Source: Tubulanus polymorphus
Taxonomy: Eukaryota > Animalia > Nemertea
DNA length: 64,000 nucleotides
Assembly: GCF_964204645.1 (NCBI RefSeq)
Contig: NC_134035.1
Coordinates: 2,418,001-2,482,000, forward strand
Direction: 5' to 3'
A model generated the notes under the pieces. It saw only the letters and a program-made list of their open reading frames with translations, was not told where the DNA came from and made no database searches. This document shows, in pieces, positions 53,189 to 64,000 of this stretch (the stretch's first letter is position 1; each line of letters starts with the position of its first letter). Made by a program: the position numbers and the translations under genes.

Positions 53189-53353
53189 CCAAATAGAAAT
53201 ATCTATTCTGATTTTTTTTTCGTTTTATTTTCTCATTGCGCAGGTAAAGCGCGTATCCGCGTGCAGATTTCCGCCTCGCACAGTTTCGATGAAATCGATC
53301 GTTGCGTCGACGCTTTCATTCGCATCGGTAAAAAACTGAAAGTCGTCGCGTGA
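48196..53353 (+). CDS. GCAT: 2-amino-3-ketobutyrate coenzyme A ligase, mitochondrial (glycine C-acetyltransferase), 11 exons, 433 aa
   Basis: Exons 48196-48211, 48967-49229, 49806-49895, 50219-50438, 50814-50907, 51245-51331, 51469-51551, 51804-52015, 52380-52458, 52546-52593, 53244-53353 (1302 nt, phases consistent). Motifs [59 protein letters not shown] (PLP lysine), [21 protein letters not shown]; Arg-rich N-terminal transit peptide. Confidence 0.96.
48967..49229 (+). CDS. GCAT: GCAT exon 2
   Basis: tttcag|GA ... TCG|gtaagt; ...[10 protein letters not shown]...[11 protein letters not shown]. Confidence 0.92.
49806..49895 (+). CDS. GCAT: GCAT exon 3
   Basis: tatcag|AGT ... ACG|gtaaga; [30 protein letters not shown]. 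Confidence 0.93.
50219..50438 (+). CDS. GCAT: GCAT exon 4 (followed by a GC donor)
   Basis: tttcag|GAT ... GCAG|gcaagt; [14 protein letters not shown]...[18 protein letters not shown]...HRDMA. Confidence 0.92.
50814..50907 (+). CDS. GCAT: GCAT exon 5
   Basis: tttcag|AT ... CG|gtaatg; [31 protein letters not shown]. Confidence 0.93.
51245..51331 (+). CDS. GCAT: GCAT exon 6
   Basis: atacag|A ... CG|gtaagt; [28 protein letters not shown]. Confidence 0.93.
51469..51551 (+). CDS. GCAT: GCAT exon 7 (PLP-binding lysine)
   Basis: ttacag|C ... G|gtttgt; [27 protein letters not shown]. Confidence 0.93.
51804..52015 (+). CDS. GCAT: GCAT exon 8
   Basis: tttcag|GA ... TCC|gtaagt; [28 protein letters not shown]... 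Confidence 0.93.
52380..52458 (+). CDS. GCAT: GCAT exon 9
   Basis: tcacag|GGA ... A|gtaagt; [26 protein letters not shown]. Confidence 0.92.
52546..52593 (+). CDS. GCAT: GCAT exon 10
   Basis: ttgcag|GT ... G|gtagac; [15 protein letters not shown]. Confidence 0.92.
53101..53188 (+). repeat. (GTA)n microsatellite in the last GCAT intron
   Basis: Direct observation. Confidence 0.95.
53244..53353 (+). CDS. GCAT: GCAT terminal exon
   Basis: gcgcag|GT ... TGA; [36 protein letters not shown]. Confidence 0.93.
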
Positions 53354-53591
53354 GAAGAGTCCGTTCGACGTTAGCAGACATTCGCGAAACATTCCCGTCG
53401 TCGTCGACAGTATTACGCCGGGCGCACGCGGCTGTCGGATAAACTTGTTCCCAACTGAAAAACCGCAGTCAATTCCGCAAAAAACAATAGTAATTTATAT
53501 TTTTCAATCCGTAAGATCACGATATCGGTGATAAAAAATGATAGTAAAAATCCTGCAATTGTTGAAAGACTCAAAAGTTTATTTGAAACAC

Positions 53592-53633
53592 TAGAAATAT
53601 TTCGGGTAGTTGCTACCACCCTTCTTCAGTCTA
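53592..53633 (-). ncRNA. Minimal hammerhead-like motif in an inverted repeat downstream of the GCAT stop
   Basis: TAGA-CTGAAGAA-GGGTGGT(agca)ACTACCC-GAAA-TA-TT-TCTA; left arm of a hairpin at about 53565-53710; related fragment at 22563-22605. Confidence 0.5.
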
Positions 53634-56009
53634 AAAGATTTTAGATTTTAGAAGGGTGGTAAGAACCACCAAAATATTTCTAGTATTTAAAAAAACTTTT
53701 TAGTCTTTCAGCAATTTTTGGATTTTACATTTTTCAATGTCTTTCTTGCTTCGGGTATTTTTCGAAACGAGTGAAAAACGTTTAGTTTTTGTTTCGCGTT
53801 TCTCGACGTCTGTGTGCGTCCGGCTTTTAGAATATTCATCGATTCGTTGAGAGCAGCTTTTACGTTCAATCTTATTACGATTTGAAGTGTCCAAAAATAA
53901 CTGGTGGCAAAATGCTGATCATCGTTTTTGAGATGAACGCATTGTTGTTTCTACTTACGAATTGTACACAAGCTGCTTTCAACGTTTCGTGAAGATTTTT
54001 TAAAAAGAATTTTAGATCTGATTTGCTGTGAAGGATAGAGGGTAAACAATCGCAATTTGTCAGTATTATGGCGCGCTTAAGTCAAACGTTTAATCAAATA
54101 CGTTAATGATATCATATCGAATTTATTGACAACATGAATATCTATGTTACTTGAAGAGGTGGAATCGATAAAATAGTCGAGGCCATCTTTGCGGTTTGAA
54201 CAAGTAACATACAGTGGAACCTCATTAATAGTAACTTCAATGGAACCACGAATCTATGCGTTATGACCAGCGTGAAATTATTAGTTGTTAAGTTTTCGCA
54301 TTTTGGATGAAATCCTAGGTTTGTTACATTCAATAAATTATAATAACGAGGTTAACTGTAGTTAGTTTTGATAACATGCGGCCGCAAAACTTCGAAACGG
54401 GAATTCATGCATTGAATTTGGATGAAAATCGACTTAAGCGCTCTTGTGTAGATTACTATTAGGTTTGAAATTAAAAATGTGTATTTTGAGGTTTGTTTTG
54501 TTAATCGATGCGTATGAGATATATTTTACACTAATTAGTGGCAGTAGGGAACACTTTGTGTATATGGCTTAGAATGATTGCGGTTTTGGGGTGTTTTTTT
54601 TTTCGAATGAAATGATGCAAATACTGCTGCTGATGTTATGTCAGTTATACGGGTGTTCATGTGTAGTGCTCGCAATGCTCACAATATTAATGATAACGGT
54701 ATTGAACATTGGTGGTCGCCACTTCAAACGCTTCGTCCTAAAAATTGGCTGCCATTTAAACGTACATATCACCGACCTCTGTATAAACTCGGTCTGAGAT
54801 GAGATCCCAATGAGAAGTTACTATCTACCTAGAGTTGTAACTACTTATGACGAGAACATATGATGTATTTTCTGCTCCCATGCAAGCCCCATTCAAGCCC
54901 TCGATTTGTGGGTACCACCGAAATCTGCTTACAATCAAATTTTTTTTAAAGAATTTTCACTGCGCAGTACGCGTGTAGTCGTGTAGTTTATCTGACGCGA
55001 AATACCCATACATTATCGTCTTCTATTCCGAAGATTGTGGATAATGATCTGATATCGTTTCTCTGGCCTTTCCCTTGTTGAATTGATCGCCGCTAACACT
55101 CGTTACTCGGGCGTGGCCATTGGGGTTTTTTAGCGTGCGTTTTACTAAGATTATACATGTATGTATATGCCAGCCATGGATCTGACACTTTACACCGACT
55201 ACGATTGAAATGATTTCGCAATTGACAAGAATATTGATCTGATATCTTTTTTCTAGAAATATTGTTTCGTTTACTTTATCGTATGTTATTTATTTACGAG
55301 GAAGATGTTGATCTTATTTGGAAGAAAGTACATAGATATTTTTTTTTTGAGAAATGAGTGAGAAATACTTAAGTGATACACACCAAGGTATGTCCACAGT
55401 CATAGATGGATGGACAATTACTTTTCGATCGGCAAAATATAAATGAGAAATTGAATATACCTGTCAACTTAGTGGAGCCGTAAATGTTTGACAGCATTAA
55501 CGCTTCGATATACGGTTTGAGAATCGGGGAACTTGGAAGTTCTATGAAAATTTGGACCAAAAATCGGTTTTCCTAGTCGTCCGGTGAAATGCAGGAAGAT
55601 TGATCAATATCGTAAGTTTAGGTGAATAGATTAGAAAATAGCTCGCGTCCATGAAATGTTGCGGTGTATTTTCTATTCTTTTTTTTTTGTTAGAATATCT
55701 CTGCAAACAATTCTCCATATTTTTCAAGTCAACTTCTATAATGACGGTCCACACGTTTTTTACTTTCATCTGTTCAGAAAATATCTCTTATTGAATATCA
55801 GTGTTACAAACAATTCCATTCGAATAAAAAAGCGCATTTATGAAACAAATACTTTAATTGTTGTCGTTTTTAGAAGTTCTGTTTTATGTCGCCCCGGATT
55901 ATTAGAGATGTCCTCGATTTCATTCGGCACAGTTCTAGAAAATATACGTGTACATACGTTATGTACCGAACCGTTCCATGAGAAAGAAATTACGCAGCTC
56001 ACTGCGGTT

Positions 56010-56011
56010 AA

Positions 56012-56053
<42 letters not shown>

Positions 56054-56335
56054 CATTAATGTATTTATAGTGCCTGTATCCACAAAAAATGTGATCAAAG
56101 ACACTTTTGTACCAGTCATGAAAACAGATCCGTTTTCAGACGTCGTCTGAAAATCGCTAAGCTGTCAGATGCTCTAATAGAAATAGGGAGCTTATTACAC
56201 ATACGTGGAGCAGCACATGAAAAAGAGCGATCTCCAAACGAGGTCAGCCTGCTTCTAGGTCGGGACAAAAGGAGTTCTCCAGAAGATCTTAATGAACGAC
56301 TTGGTGTATAAAGTTGAACTAGTTGTTGTGGGTTG
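56010..56335 (-). mobile_element. 5'-truncated CR1/L2-group LINE 3' end
   Basis: Translation YTPSRSLRSS...RSRLTSFGDRSFSCAAPRMCNKLP..IR...SLAIFRRRLKTDLF matches the conserved C-terminus of L2/CR1-group RT ORFs; short 3' UTR and (AAT)n tail. Confidence 0.8.
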
Positions 56336-57965
56336 ATTTTTCTATCGACACGAACCGATGAAGCAGATGACGCTGATACTGGAGGTGAGATATACCCTTC
56401 CATCAGTCGCTTGGTGGTACAAAATGGAGGATTATTCGAATTAACCGACACTGAAATTTCCAATGATGTACTTCCAATTCGAACAAAAAACGTGAAGTAA
56501 ATTCGACCGCCGATCACACAACTATATCTGTACTTCGATTTCCGATTTCAAAATCAAACTCCTCTGTTTTTTCCCGGCAGGTGTAGGGTTGTATAAGGGA
56601 CACTAAATCAACACGAATCAAACGAAATCGCCCAATTCGGGGTCAATCCCTATTTTAAGAAGAAAAAAAATTAACTTCCATAAAACATTGCTACCATAAG
56701 ACCTATGACACGTGACCGGATCTTGTCTTCCGGAAGGACCATTAGGTCCAATCACTGGAAGGTTAATGACGTCATACGGAGGAGGCAGTTTTGTATCATG
56801 AATGGTCTATCATAATTAGAAGCTATTCTAGACTAATCAATAGTTACCGGACTTGGTCACGGAGTTTACAGACAACGACGCTTCGTTTCGAATCAGCGTT
56901 TAATGATGAACGTCTGGAGTCTTGTTTTTCGACATTAAAGACCCTACTGCCGGAGACCCGTCGTGCGAGTCGTCTGTCTGTCTTCTAAGTAGAAGAAAAT
57001 ATCAATGCAAGGGTTGGTTAATGAGGACGCCGAGGGAGTTCCTCATACCGCAATTGATTTTGACGAGTTCAGTCTCTAAATAATTCTGATTAACCTTTTC
57101 CAATGAAAACTCGTATTCCTCGCATTAAAGTTCTATTGTTTTTGTTGCGTCTGATCCGTGTTTTCCGTTTTGCCGAAGGTTGTTGCCGTTCTCACTATAT
57201 CTACTTCGATTTGTGACGGTCTAAATCGTGGATGTAAACGTATATGCCGTAATCGCATCTATATTTTTAATCAAAAGCGTATAATCAATTGAAACGTATA
57301 TGCGCTAATATTGAACTAATAGATTTTCATATCGACAACACCTAAAATTATCGACTCTAAGAACAGCACCTCCAGCCATGGAGCTAACACACACATACTC
57401 ACTCCTTCGATGGCATTTAAGTTCATTCAAATTACAACACATTGCCTCTGATGTCTATCTAGTCATCTATTCTCACAAAGTGTGTTTATTTTTGTTGCGT
57501 TCCCGCGCACCTGTGAGTTCAAAAGGTGATTTAGAAAATTCGCGAAATCCGAGCCTCTATCTCGTAGAAAATTACCAGAAAATTATCTCGTAGAAAATTA
57601 ACTATATATATATCCATTAATCTTCATTAATCTTTTTCCTGCTCGGAGAGCTCTGTTCGACCATCATTATCAATGCAAATAGACCTAGCTTCGGAACCGA
57701 GATCGACTTAAACACCGGCTTCCCGAGTCGCGTGACGTAAATGGAATGAGAAAATGATTACAGCTTACATCAGCATCATCTCCCGTCGGAATATTTCTTT
57801 ATAGACAATTATCATTTCAATTGAAATTGAAGTTTCGTTTGAAATCGTATTGACGAGATTCTGTACGAGTATCGGAGCGATGGATATAGATTAGGAAAAA
57901 TATATATTTTCAACCTTTTTCGGATACATTCATTACCAACGTTATCAATATGTACACGTTTTCTA

Positions 57966-57971
57966 TTTATT
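57966..57971 (-). terminator. Candidate polyadenylation signal of GPR19
   Basis: AATAAA on - strand about 390 nt after the stop codon. Confidence 0.4.
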
Positions 57972-58361
57972 ATGCTTGACATTTTGATCTTGTCTGAAAA
58001 ATAATTTCATACGAATTCAATATAAACTTTGAGCAAGTCATTGAGTTTCAATCAGTGTTATAGTTGCGCCTCCATAGGCGCTATTTTTTACATCGATAGT
58101 GAAAAGATGGCTTGTTTAATAGCAAGAGGTTGAAACAATGATAGGAGCACAACTTATGAGGGCTAGTGTTCAGGCGAAGCGAGGGCTACGGACGCGCAGC
58201 CAAAACAGAGCAATTTCAAGGCACTTGAGCGACATTTAAGCGGAATATTTAAAAAAAATCCAGAAGTATGCTAGAATTGTTTTTGAACGGGTACGAGAAA
58301 ATGGGTTTTTTATGTGCTCCCGTCACGGATCCGCTGCTTCTCTATGAAGAGTCAATTATCA

Positions 58362-59558
58362 TTATAGATAAGTCGTTGGAAGGTTAGACGTGGCTAAAGG
58401 CCAGGCGGTACGGCTCGCTAGCAAGCCCCGTTCCACAGTCTGCACCGTCTCCGGCGGCAAGAACGTACTATCGATGTCCGGTACGACTATACCGACGTGA
58501 TTCTTCTTGCCGAGCGCCGACGTCGAGGTGATGGCGTACGCGTTGCTTCGGTAGCATTTCATCGGGCTCATACAGAACACTTCGCGACAACCTCGCCGAA
58601 AGTTCGAGTTGTACAACACGTAGACGAGCGGTTTGGCGACGCCGCCGCTGAGCACCATCCACCAGACGGCTACGTAAACGGTCGGATCGACGCTCGTCCG
58701 TCGTCGAGTCGGCGCGAACGTGTGCCACAGTTGTAACATATAGAACGGCCCGAGCAACGTGACGATAGCGATGTTCATGATCAAGATCATCTTGATCATT
58801 TTTACTTTCGCGCGCGGTATCGAGTTGGTCGTTCGTTGGACTGTCCGGCCGCCGACGCCCATCGACCAAATGTAATTGAAAACCCGAGTGTATCCGAACA
58901 ACAATATGACGATCGGTAGGACGTATTCGACTAGGACAATGATGACGGTATAAAACATTCCGGCTAAATCTGGCGCGATGTACGTGACGCAAATATATCG
59001 GGCTTCGTCACCGGCAGCGGTGGCGGTGACGGGGACCACTTTGAAGAAATAAAGCGTCGGGCAGGATACGACTATCGTCAGAAACCAACTGAAAATGATC
59101 ATCTTTTTGGCGCGGCCGCGAGTAACTTTGAAACAGAGTGGGTAGAGTATCGAATAGAAACGATCGACGCAAATCGAAACGAGAATCGTCATCGTGGAAG
59201 CCGGTCCGGCGAACTGCGCGAATCGCATCGCTTTACACACGACCGAGCCGAATATCCACGCGCGGCGCACCAGTTGCCCGATCAGAAACGGCGCACACGC
59301 CGTCACCAGAACGATATCGGCACACGCCAACGATACGACGAAATAGTTGGTGGTCGACTGCAGACGACGGCTGCGATAGATCACCACGCAGACGAGACCG
59401 TTTCCCAGCAGCGCCGCTGCCCACAGTAAACACAAAACGCATATCTCGACTACGATTTGTACGAATGGCCGTTCTTTTAGCAGAATCGGTACAGGATTTC
59501 CATCCATCGGCGCAATAACGCTAGTAATATTCCCTGTAAATATAGTCGAAACCTCCAT
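58362..59558 (-). CDS. GPR19: Orphan class A GPCR GPR19, single coding exon, 398 aa
   Basis: 7 TM rhodopsin-type protein: GN in TM1, RRLQSTTNYFVVSLA, DRF, KPxxY in place of NPxxY, and a GPR19-like tail YNSNFRRGCREVFCMSPMKCYRSNAYAIT...KKNHVG. Splice acceptor upstream (exon starts 59712) implies a 5'-UTR intron. Confidence 0.92.
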   Translation of the reverse strand: MEVSTIFTGNITSVIAPMDGNPVPILLKERPFVQIVVEICVLCLLWAAALLGNGLVCVVIYRSRRLQSTTNYFVVSLACADIVLVTACAPFLIGQLVRRAWIFGSVVCKAMRFAQFAGPASTMTILVSICVDRFYSILYPLCFKVTRGRAKKMIIFSWFLTIVVSCPTLYFFKVVPVTATAAGDEARYICVTYIAPDLAGMFYTVIIVLVEYVLPIVILLFGYTRVFNYIWSMGVGGRTVQRTTNSIPRAKVKMIKMILIMNIAIVTLLGPFYMLQLWHTFAPTRRRTSVDPTVYVAVWWMVLSGGVAKPLVYVLYNSNFRRGCREVFCMSPMKCYRSNAYAITSTSALGKKNHVGIVVPDIDSTFLPPETVQTVERGLLASRTAWPLATSNLPTTYL

Positions 59559-59576
59559 TATTCGTATACGCTTTTT

Positions 59577-59636
59577 CTATAACAGGCGGCGATCTCTTCT
59601 CGCGATTATGATAGATGTCTCCATGCCGCACGTCAT
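59577..59636 (-). promoter_or_regulatory. uORF in the GPR19 5' leader (MTCGMETSIIIARRDRRLL*)
   Basis: Two in-frame ATGs (59636, 59624) and a TAG ending 18 nt before the main ATG, in the same frame and the same exon. Confidence 0.6.
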
Positions 59637-60758
59637 CCGCCGTTGTCCACGGATCCGTCGTCAAACGCCGGTATAAACTTAAACAGCACTCACGGGCGTG
59701 TCTCTACTTTCGCTGTAAAAAGGATTCATAAATTAGATTTGAATGTAGAAATATCGTCGACGCTGCTTCAAGAAACCTAACAGAGTATCGGTAGAAAAAG
59801 GTCTTTGCAAGACACTCCCTTTAGAGAGCATGTATGCGCGAATCTAACCACCTCATCGGTGAGATGGATGAAGTCGTTGGAGTCTATTTGCGTCAATGGC
59901 TATTGAGGATTCACACCTTGTTAGTGCCTAATTATGCGTATAGTTTATGGCACGAAATGAAAGTTGCAGTCGCTTAGATAACTCTATGAATTGGTCAGAG
60001 GTTTCGTGGAGGACATATCACGGTTATTGGGTGCGACGTTTCATTTTTATGTGACAATTCTTTCGTCCAAAATAAGCATGGGAAGGATTTTAGAATAGTT
60101 TTTCCAATTTAGTAAAAGAAAATGATTATCTGGATAACTATATATGAATTGGTAGGTGTTTTAGAATTGGTTGGGCTTTCGCAATTTCTGGCAATTTGAA
60201 ATCATTTTTTTTTTGCAAATCAATTACCAACTGATTCCGGAAGTGGTACTTTGTTCGAATTAGAACGAATACGTGGTTGGAAATAAACGCGTTCTCTCGC
60301 CACGATCTATTTCGCGAAACGCAGTTTGATACTCCGCCTAATTGGTTAATTGATTTATGGGCATGCTTTCGAGATCGTTCGCGTTTCGAATTCGCGACTC
60401 TCCAAAAATAGCGCGGGTCGTCGATCAGGCGTCAGACGATGTGTCGTAAATCGATACGCGCTCGCCTTAGATCGAGAAAAATGGCGTCCTAAATCATAAT
60501 TCTCCGAAGCTACGGCACGAAATAACGTCCTTCTCGCTTGTTTCGTGCGACCGCCGAACACTTTTTCGATTGGTGTTTCGACTTGCTATAGTCAATCAGT
60601 GATACACAGCGGGTCAAAATCGCCGCCATTTTCATTTCATGGCGATACAATTACAACTTTTTCATCGCTAGGTGGCGTTGTGGGTTTGTTTCAGTAAAAC
60701 CCAACGGTCAACTTAGCTAAATTCATTAAGACCGGCTTAGATGTATATAGATCCCTCC

Positions 60759-60950
60759 AATAGTATATATAGTATTGTAAATAGTTGATGTATATAATAG
60801 TATATATAGTATTGTAAATAGTTGATGTATATAATAGTATATATAGTATTGTAAATAGTTGATGTATATAATAGTATATATAGTATTGTAAATAGTTGAT
60901 GTATATAATAGTATATATAGTATTGTAAATAGTTGATGTATATATATATA
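60759..60950 (+). repeat. 37-bp AT-rich tandem repeat, about 5 copies
   Basis: AGTATATATAGTATTGTAAATAGTTGATGTATATAAT. Confidence 0.92.
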
Positions 60951-60959
60951 TTTCGTTAC

Positions 60960-61098
60960 GTTTCATTCTCTAAATTTTAATCACTTCAGTGTTGTTTTGT
61001 AAATATTTGTATATACATGTGTAATAGTTTTCCTCCTTATACCATGGAAATGGTTGGAGTGTAAATAAATCGTAATCGTAATCGTAATCGTAATCGTA
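60960..61098 (+). mobile_element. Probable LINE 3' UTR with (ATCGTA)n tail
   Basis: T-rich UTR-like sequence, small stem-loop, AATAAA directly followed by tandem ATCGTA. Confidence 0.45.
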
Positions 61099-61542
61099 GT
61101 ATTCAAATATTTCTATATTCTTTGTATACAATTTTGCATCTGTGTACCATTCTTATGGCTGGAATTGGAAGAAATATCTAACCCTATCTTCGAAACGAAA
61201 TATCAAAACGCATTGACAAATTAATGTTTTTCTTTGAGGCGTTTCTTGTACCTACACGATCGAGCTCGGGGGTGCGTTCGCGGACACGCCCAAATAACGA
61301 GAATTTAATAACCGGGTAAGATCACAGAAAAAATAGATTACAATTTCGTCTTATCTTCCGATAGTTCGATATTCGACGAAAAGACTATAGCCTACATCAC
61401 AAAGAACATAGTTCTTGATTCACCCTGTCGTTTGGGAAACCTGACGTGTCAAATTTATCTCAAAATTTAGATTTAGAAGCGAGATATCCGAATTTGAATG
61501 AGTGCATACTTTACAGAAAAAGTGCCTCATTCTTCGAATGAC

Positions 61543-62019
61543 CAGAGCTGCCAGCTGTTTCTGATTTTCATTGCCAACTGATACTGATACTTAATTTGAA
61601 CAGAAATATGAAAGATGTTACTGAGGGTCTTACTGTTGATAACTGATTAATTTGAACAGAAATATGAAAGATGTTACTGAGGGTCTTACTGTTGATAACT
61701 GATTTATTTGAACAGAAAAATGAAAGATCTTACTTAGGGTCTTACTGTTGATTACTGATTAATTTGTACAGAAATATGAAAGATGTTACTGAGGGTCTTA
61801 CTGTTGATTACTGATTAATTTGAACAGAAATATGAAAGATGTTACTAAGGGTCTTACTGTTGATTACGGATTAATTTGTACAGAAATATGAAAGATCTTA
61901 CTCAGGGTCTTACTGTTGATTACTGGTTAATTTTAATATTTTCCTTCATGTGTCAATGAAATGTTACTGAAAACATTCAATTTGTTACTGATAGCACTTT
62001 TCATAGGGTGACAGCCCTG
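61543..62019 (+). mobile_element. Non-autonomous DNA transposon carrying an internal 56-bp minisatellite
   Basis: Imperfect TIRs CAGAGCTGCCA / TGACAGCCCTG; near-TSD AATGAC/AATGTC; about 6 tandem 56-bp units at 61593-61930. Confidence 0.55.
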
Positions 62020-64000
62020 AATGTCGAATATTCGCGTGCATGTACAAATGGTATCTGTCACTATATGAATCGAAGTCCGGAGATGTCGCAGTAAAAGTAA
62101 AGTGCCGTATCGTTTTCCAAACCGGCAGGTGTATCGAATGCGAATATAACGTCTGCGTACTAATATTCTTGGAAAGGAAATAACACTTTTAGGCGATACT
62201 TTACGCGGAATAGTGGAAGGATATGATATTATATATGTATATATATTCTAATACGATTAGTTAAATTTTAGTTGAGTCAGGATTTAATTGAAAGAAGGTG
62301 AAAATTCTGTAACACGGAATTTATTTCGTTAAGAAGGTGAACATGATATTTACGCGGAGTTTGGTTTTATAGCCGAGATTTCGTAATTAGAGCTTTTAAT
62401 TCGGTACTTTTAGTTTAATAATTGAAATCTATATTATGCATAATCATTATGGGCAGGCCTATATTCCTATTAGGTATTTACAACAACTTACCTATTGAGT
62501 TGAACTTAAAAAACTTACATCACTTAGAAAGCAGATTCCAGAAATCGACGCCTCTGATTCACTGTGGTCGTCATTGCTCTAATATCGTTGTGAATCCGGT
62601 CTACGCAAAGTATGAATTTCAGTCACTTGTGTGTCTTTGTCGACCGAAAAAATCCATACGAAACTTCACCCTTTTTCGCGGTTTCATTTCTGAAATTTAT
62701 TCGACCATCGGTCATCGCCACGACGACAGTCTCGATCGAGGACGGAATCGGTAAAAATCCTCGGCGCTTCTCAATAGCGCAGTACGACCATTTAATTAGT
62801 TTTCATTCATACAGTAAGCTTACACGGCGCTCCTAATCACTAGTTTCCGTGTTTATGAATACGATACGTGTGATAGATGTGTTGTTAAGAAAGGTTAGAG
62901 ATCTGTTTTGAAACGTATAGTTGTTATGTTCTTCTATTTACCTCGGTTGTTGACGCCGAACTACGAGCTGCCAGCTGTTTCTTATCGGAGCCCGCCGTTC
63001 GAACGCGTTCCCTAAATCATAAACGATCGAATGATTTTCAACCATCTGTCATCAACGCGACGATTCTCGATGTTATTCCCTTTGTAGACATTCGTAGTTT
63101 TCATATTTTTCCCGAGTTTCCTGTGTGCGGCGACGCGCGTCTCGTTTCTGTAGCCTCGACGCGCAGACGTCGTCACAAACGGCAAAGTGACACCGTTTAA
63201 CGGTTTCGAGATGATTTGATCTACTTCACCGCGGAAATCCGCGTAACCGATTCCGCGAAAGCTCTCTAGTGGATGCCGTGATTGTTACGCGGTCTCTAAA
63301 TCATGGGCATCTCGATACCGGGACGATAGTACCTACTTATATCGCCTGCGTAGTAATCCAGCTCGGGGTAGATCGCGGTTAGATTCGAGCATATCCAGCG
63401 TGAAAAGTGTGTACGGCGCTCGCGGCCGTCAAGCGATCATAAATCTATCGCAGATGCAGTTCCGTCACGTACCGCGCCGATGCAACGCGTTTCTATGGAA
63501 ACCGTTGGGCGTTTTTCAGGTGATAATGCACTCGTAAGATGAAGACTTTACGCACGCGTGACGTCACGTGTTTATATTCAAGGCGAGATAAGAAATGGCG
63601 ATGTAGTTTTTAACGCCCGAAAAACCGTTGAAATAAGGTTCAAAATGATACCTTTATTCTCATAATCGGCCGGGTCATTTTGTAAAAAATAAACTTTCAA
63701 TAACACCTGGTCTGTTATGGTTAGCTTGATCATGATTTTGAAAAAAGTAATGTACAGGATAGAAAGGCGGCCGGGTGAACTTTTAAACTCAGCAGAGTGG
63801 AGAAACAAAGTATCTCACTTCGCGTCTGATGGTCTTCACATTCCTGCGTTGTTTCGCATCTCGGAAATCTGTTGTAAATCACCGATATTTTTGAAAAAGA
63901 ATAGAAAAGGAATAGAAAAATATGTTTAAATATAGTGTCGCGTTGTCATTATTTTCATATCATTTTATTGTATATATCGCAATACGATAAAAAAGGAAAG

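Noticed and set aside
55656-56150. 164-aa ORF with a poly-Ile run
   Set aside because: Reads through the (ATT)n tail and UTR of the antisense LINE fragment
58468-59518. Long alternative-frame and antisense ORFs overlapping GPR19
   Set aside because: By-products of the CpG/GC-rich codon usage of the real CDS; the same applies to ORFs overlapping the 4-TM genes and OSBPL8 exons

Overview
AT-rich, intron-rich eukaryotic (metazoan, probably invertebrate) genomic DNA. Most of the short ORFs in the supplied track are spurious or are exon fragments. Genes I could assemble by hand: (1) an ORP5/ORP8-type oxysterol-binding-protein-like gene (OSBPL8) on +, with 13 in-frame exons at 13011-28815 (787 aa visible). 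Its true first coding exon is uncertain, with two phase-compatible candidates at about 7370 and 12347. (2) A tandem array of three paralogous small four-transmembrane genes on - (33373-33741, 35700-36131, 39903-40385), CD20/MS4A-like by topology, each with one coding exon and a 5'-UTR intron. (3) GCAT (2-amino-3-ketobutyrate CoA ligase) on +, 11 exons at 48196-53353 (433 aa), including a GC-AG intron. (4) An orphan GPCR GPR19 on - (58362-59558) with a single coding exon and an in-frame uORF. Introns and intergenic DNA hold minisatellites, several MITE families, tRNA-derived SINE remnants, LINE 3' ends, and at least five minimal hammerhead-ribozyme-like motifs in inverted repeats (Penelope-like). 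The most notable candidates are the divergent 4-TM gene cluster and the hammerhead-like motifs.
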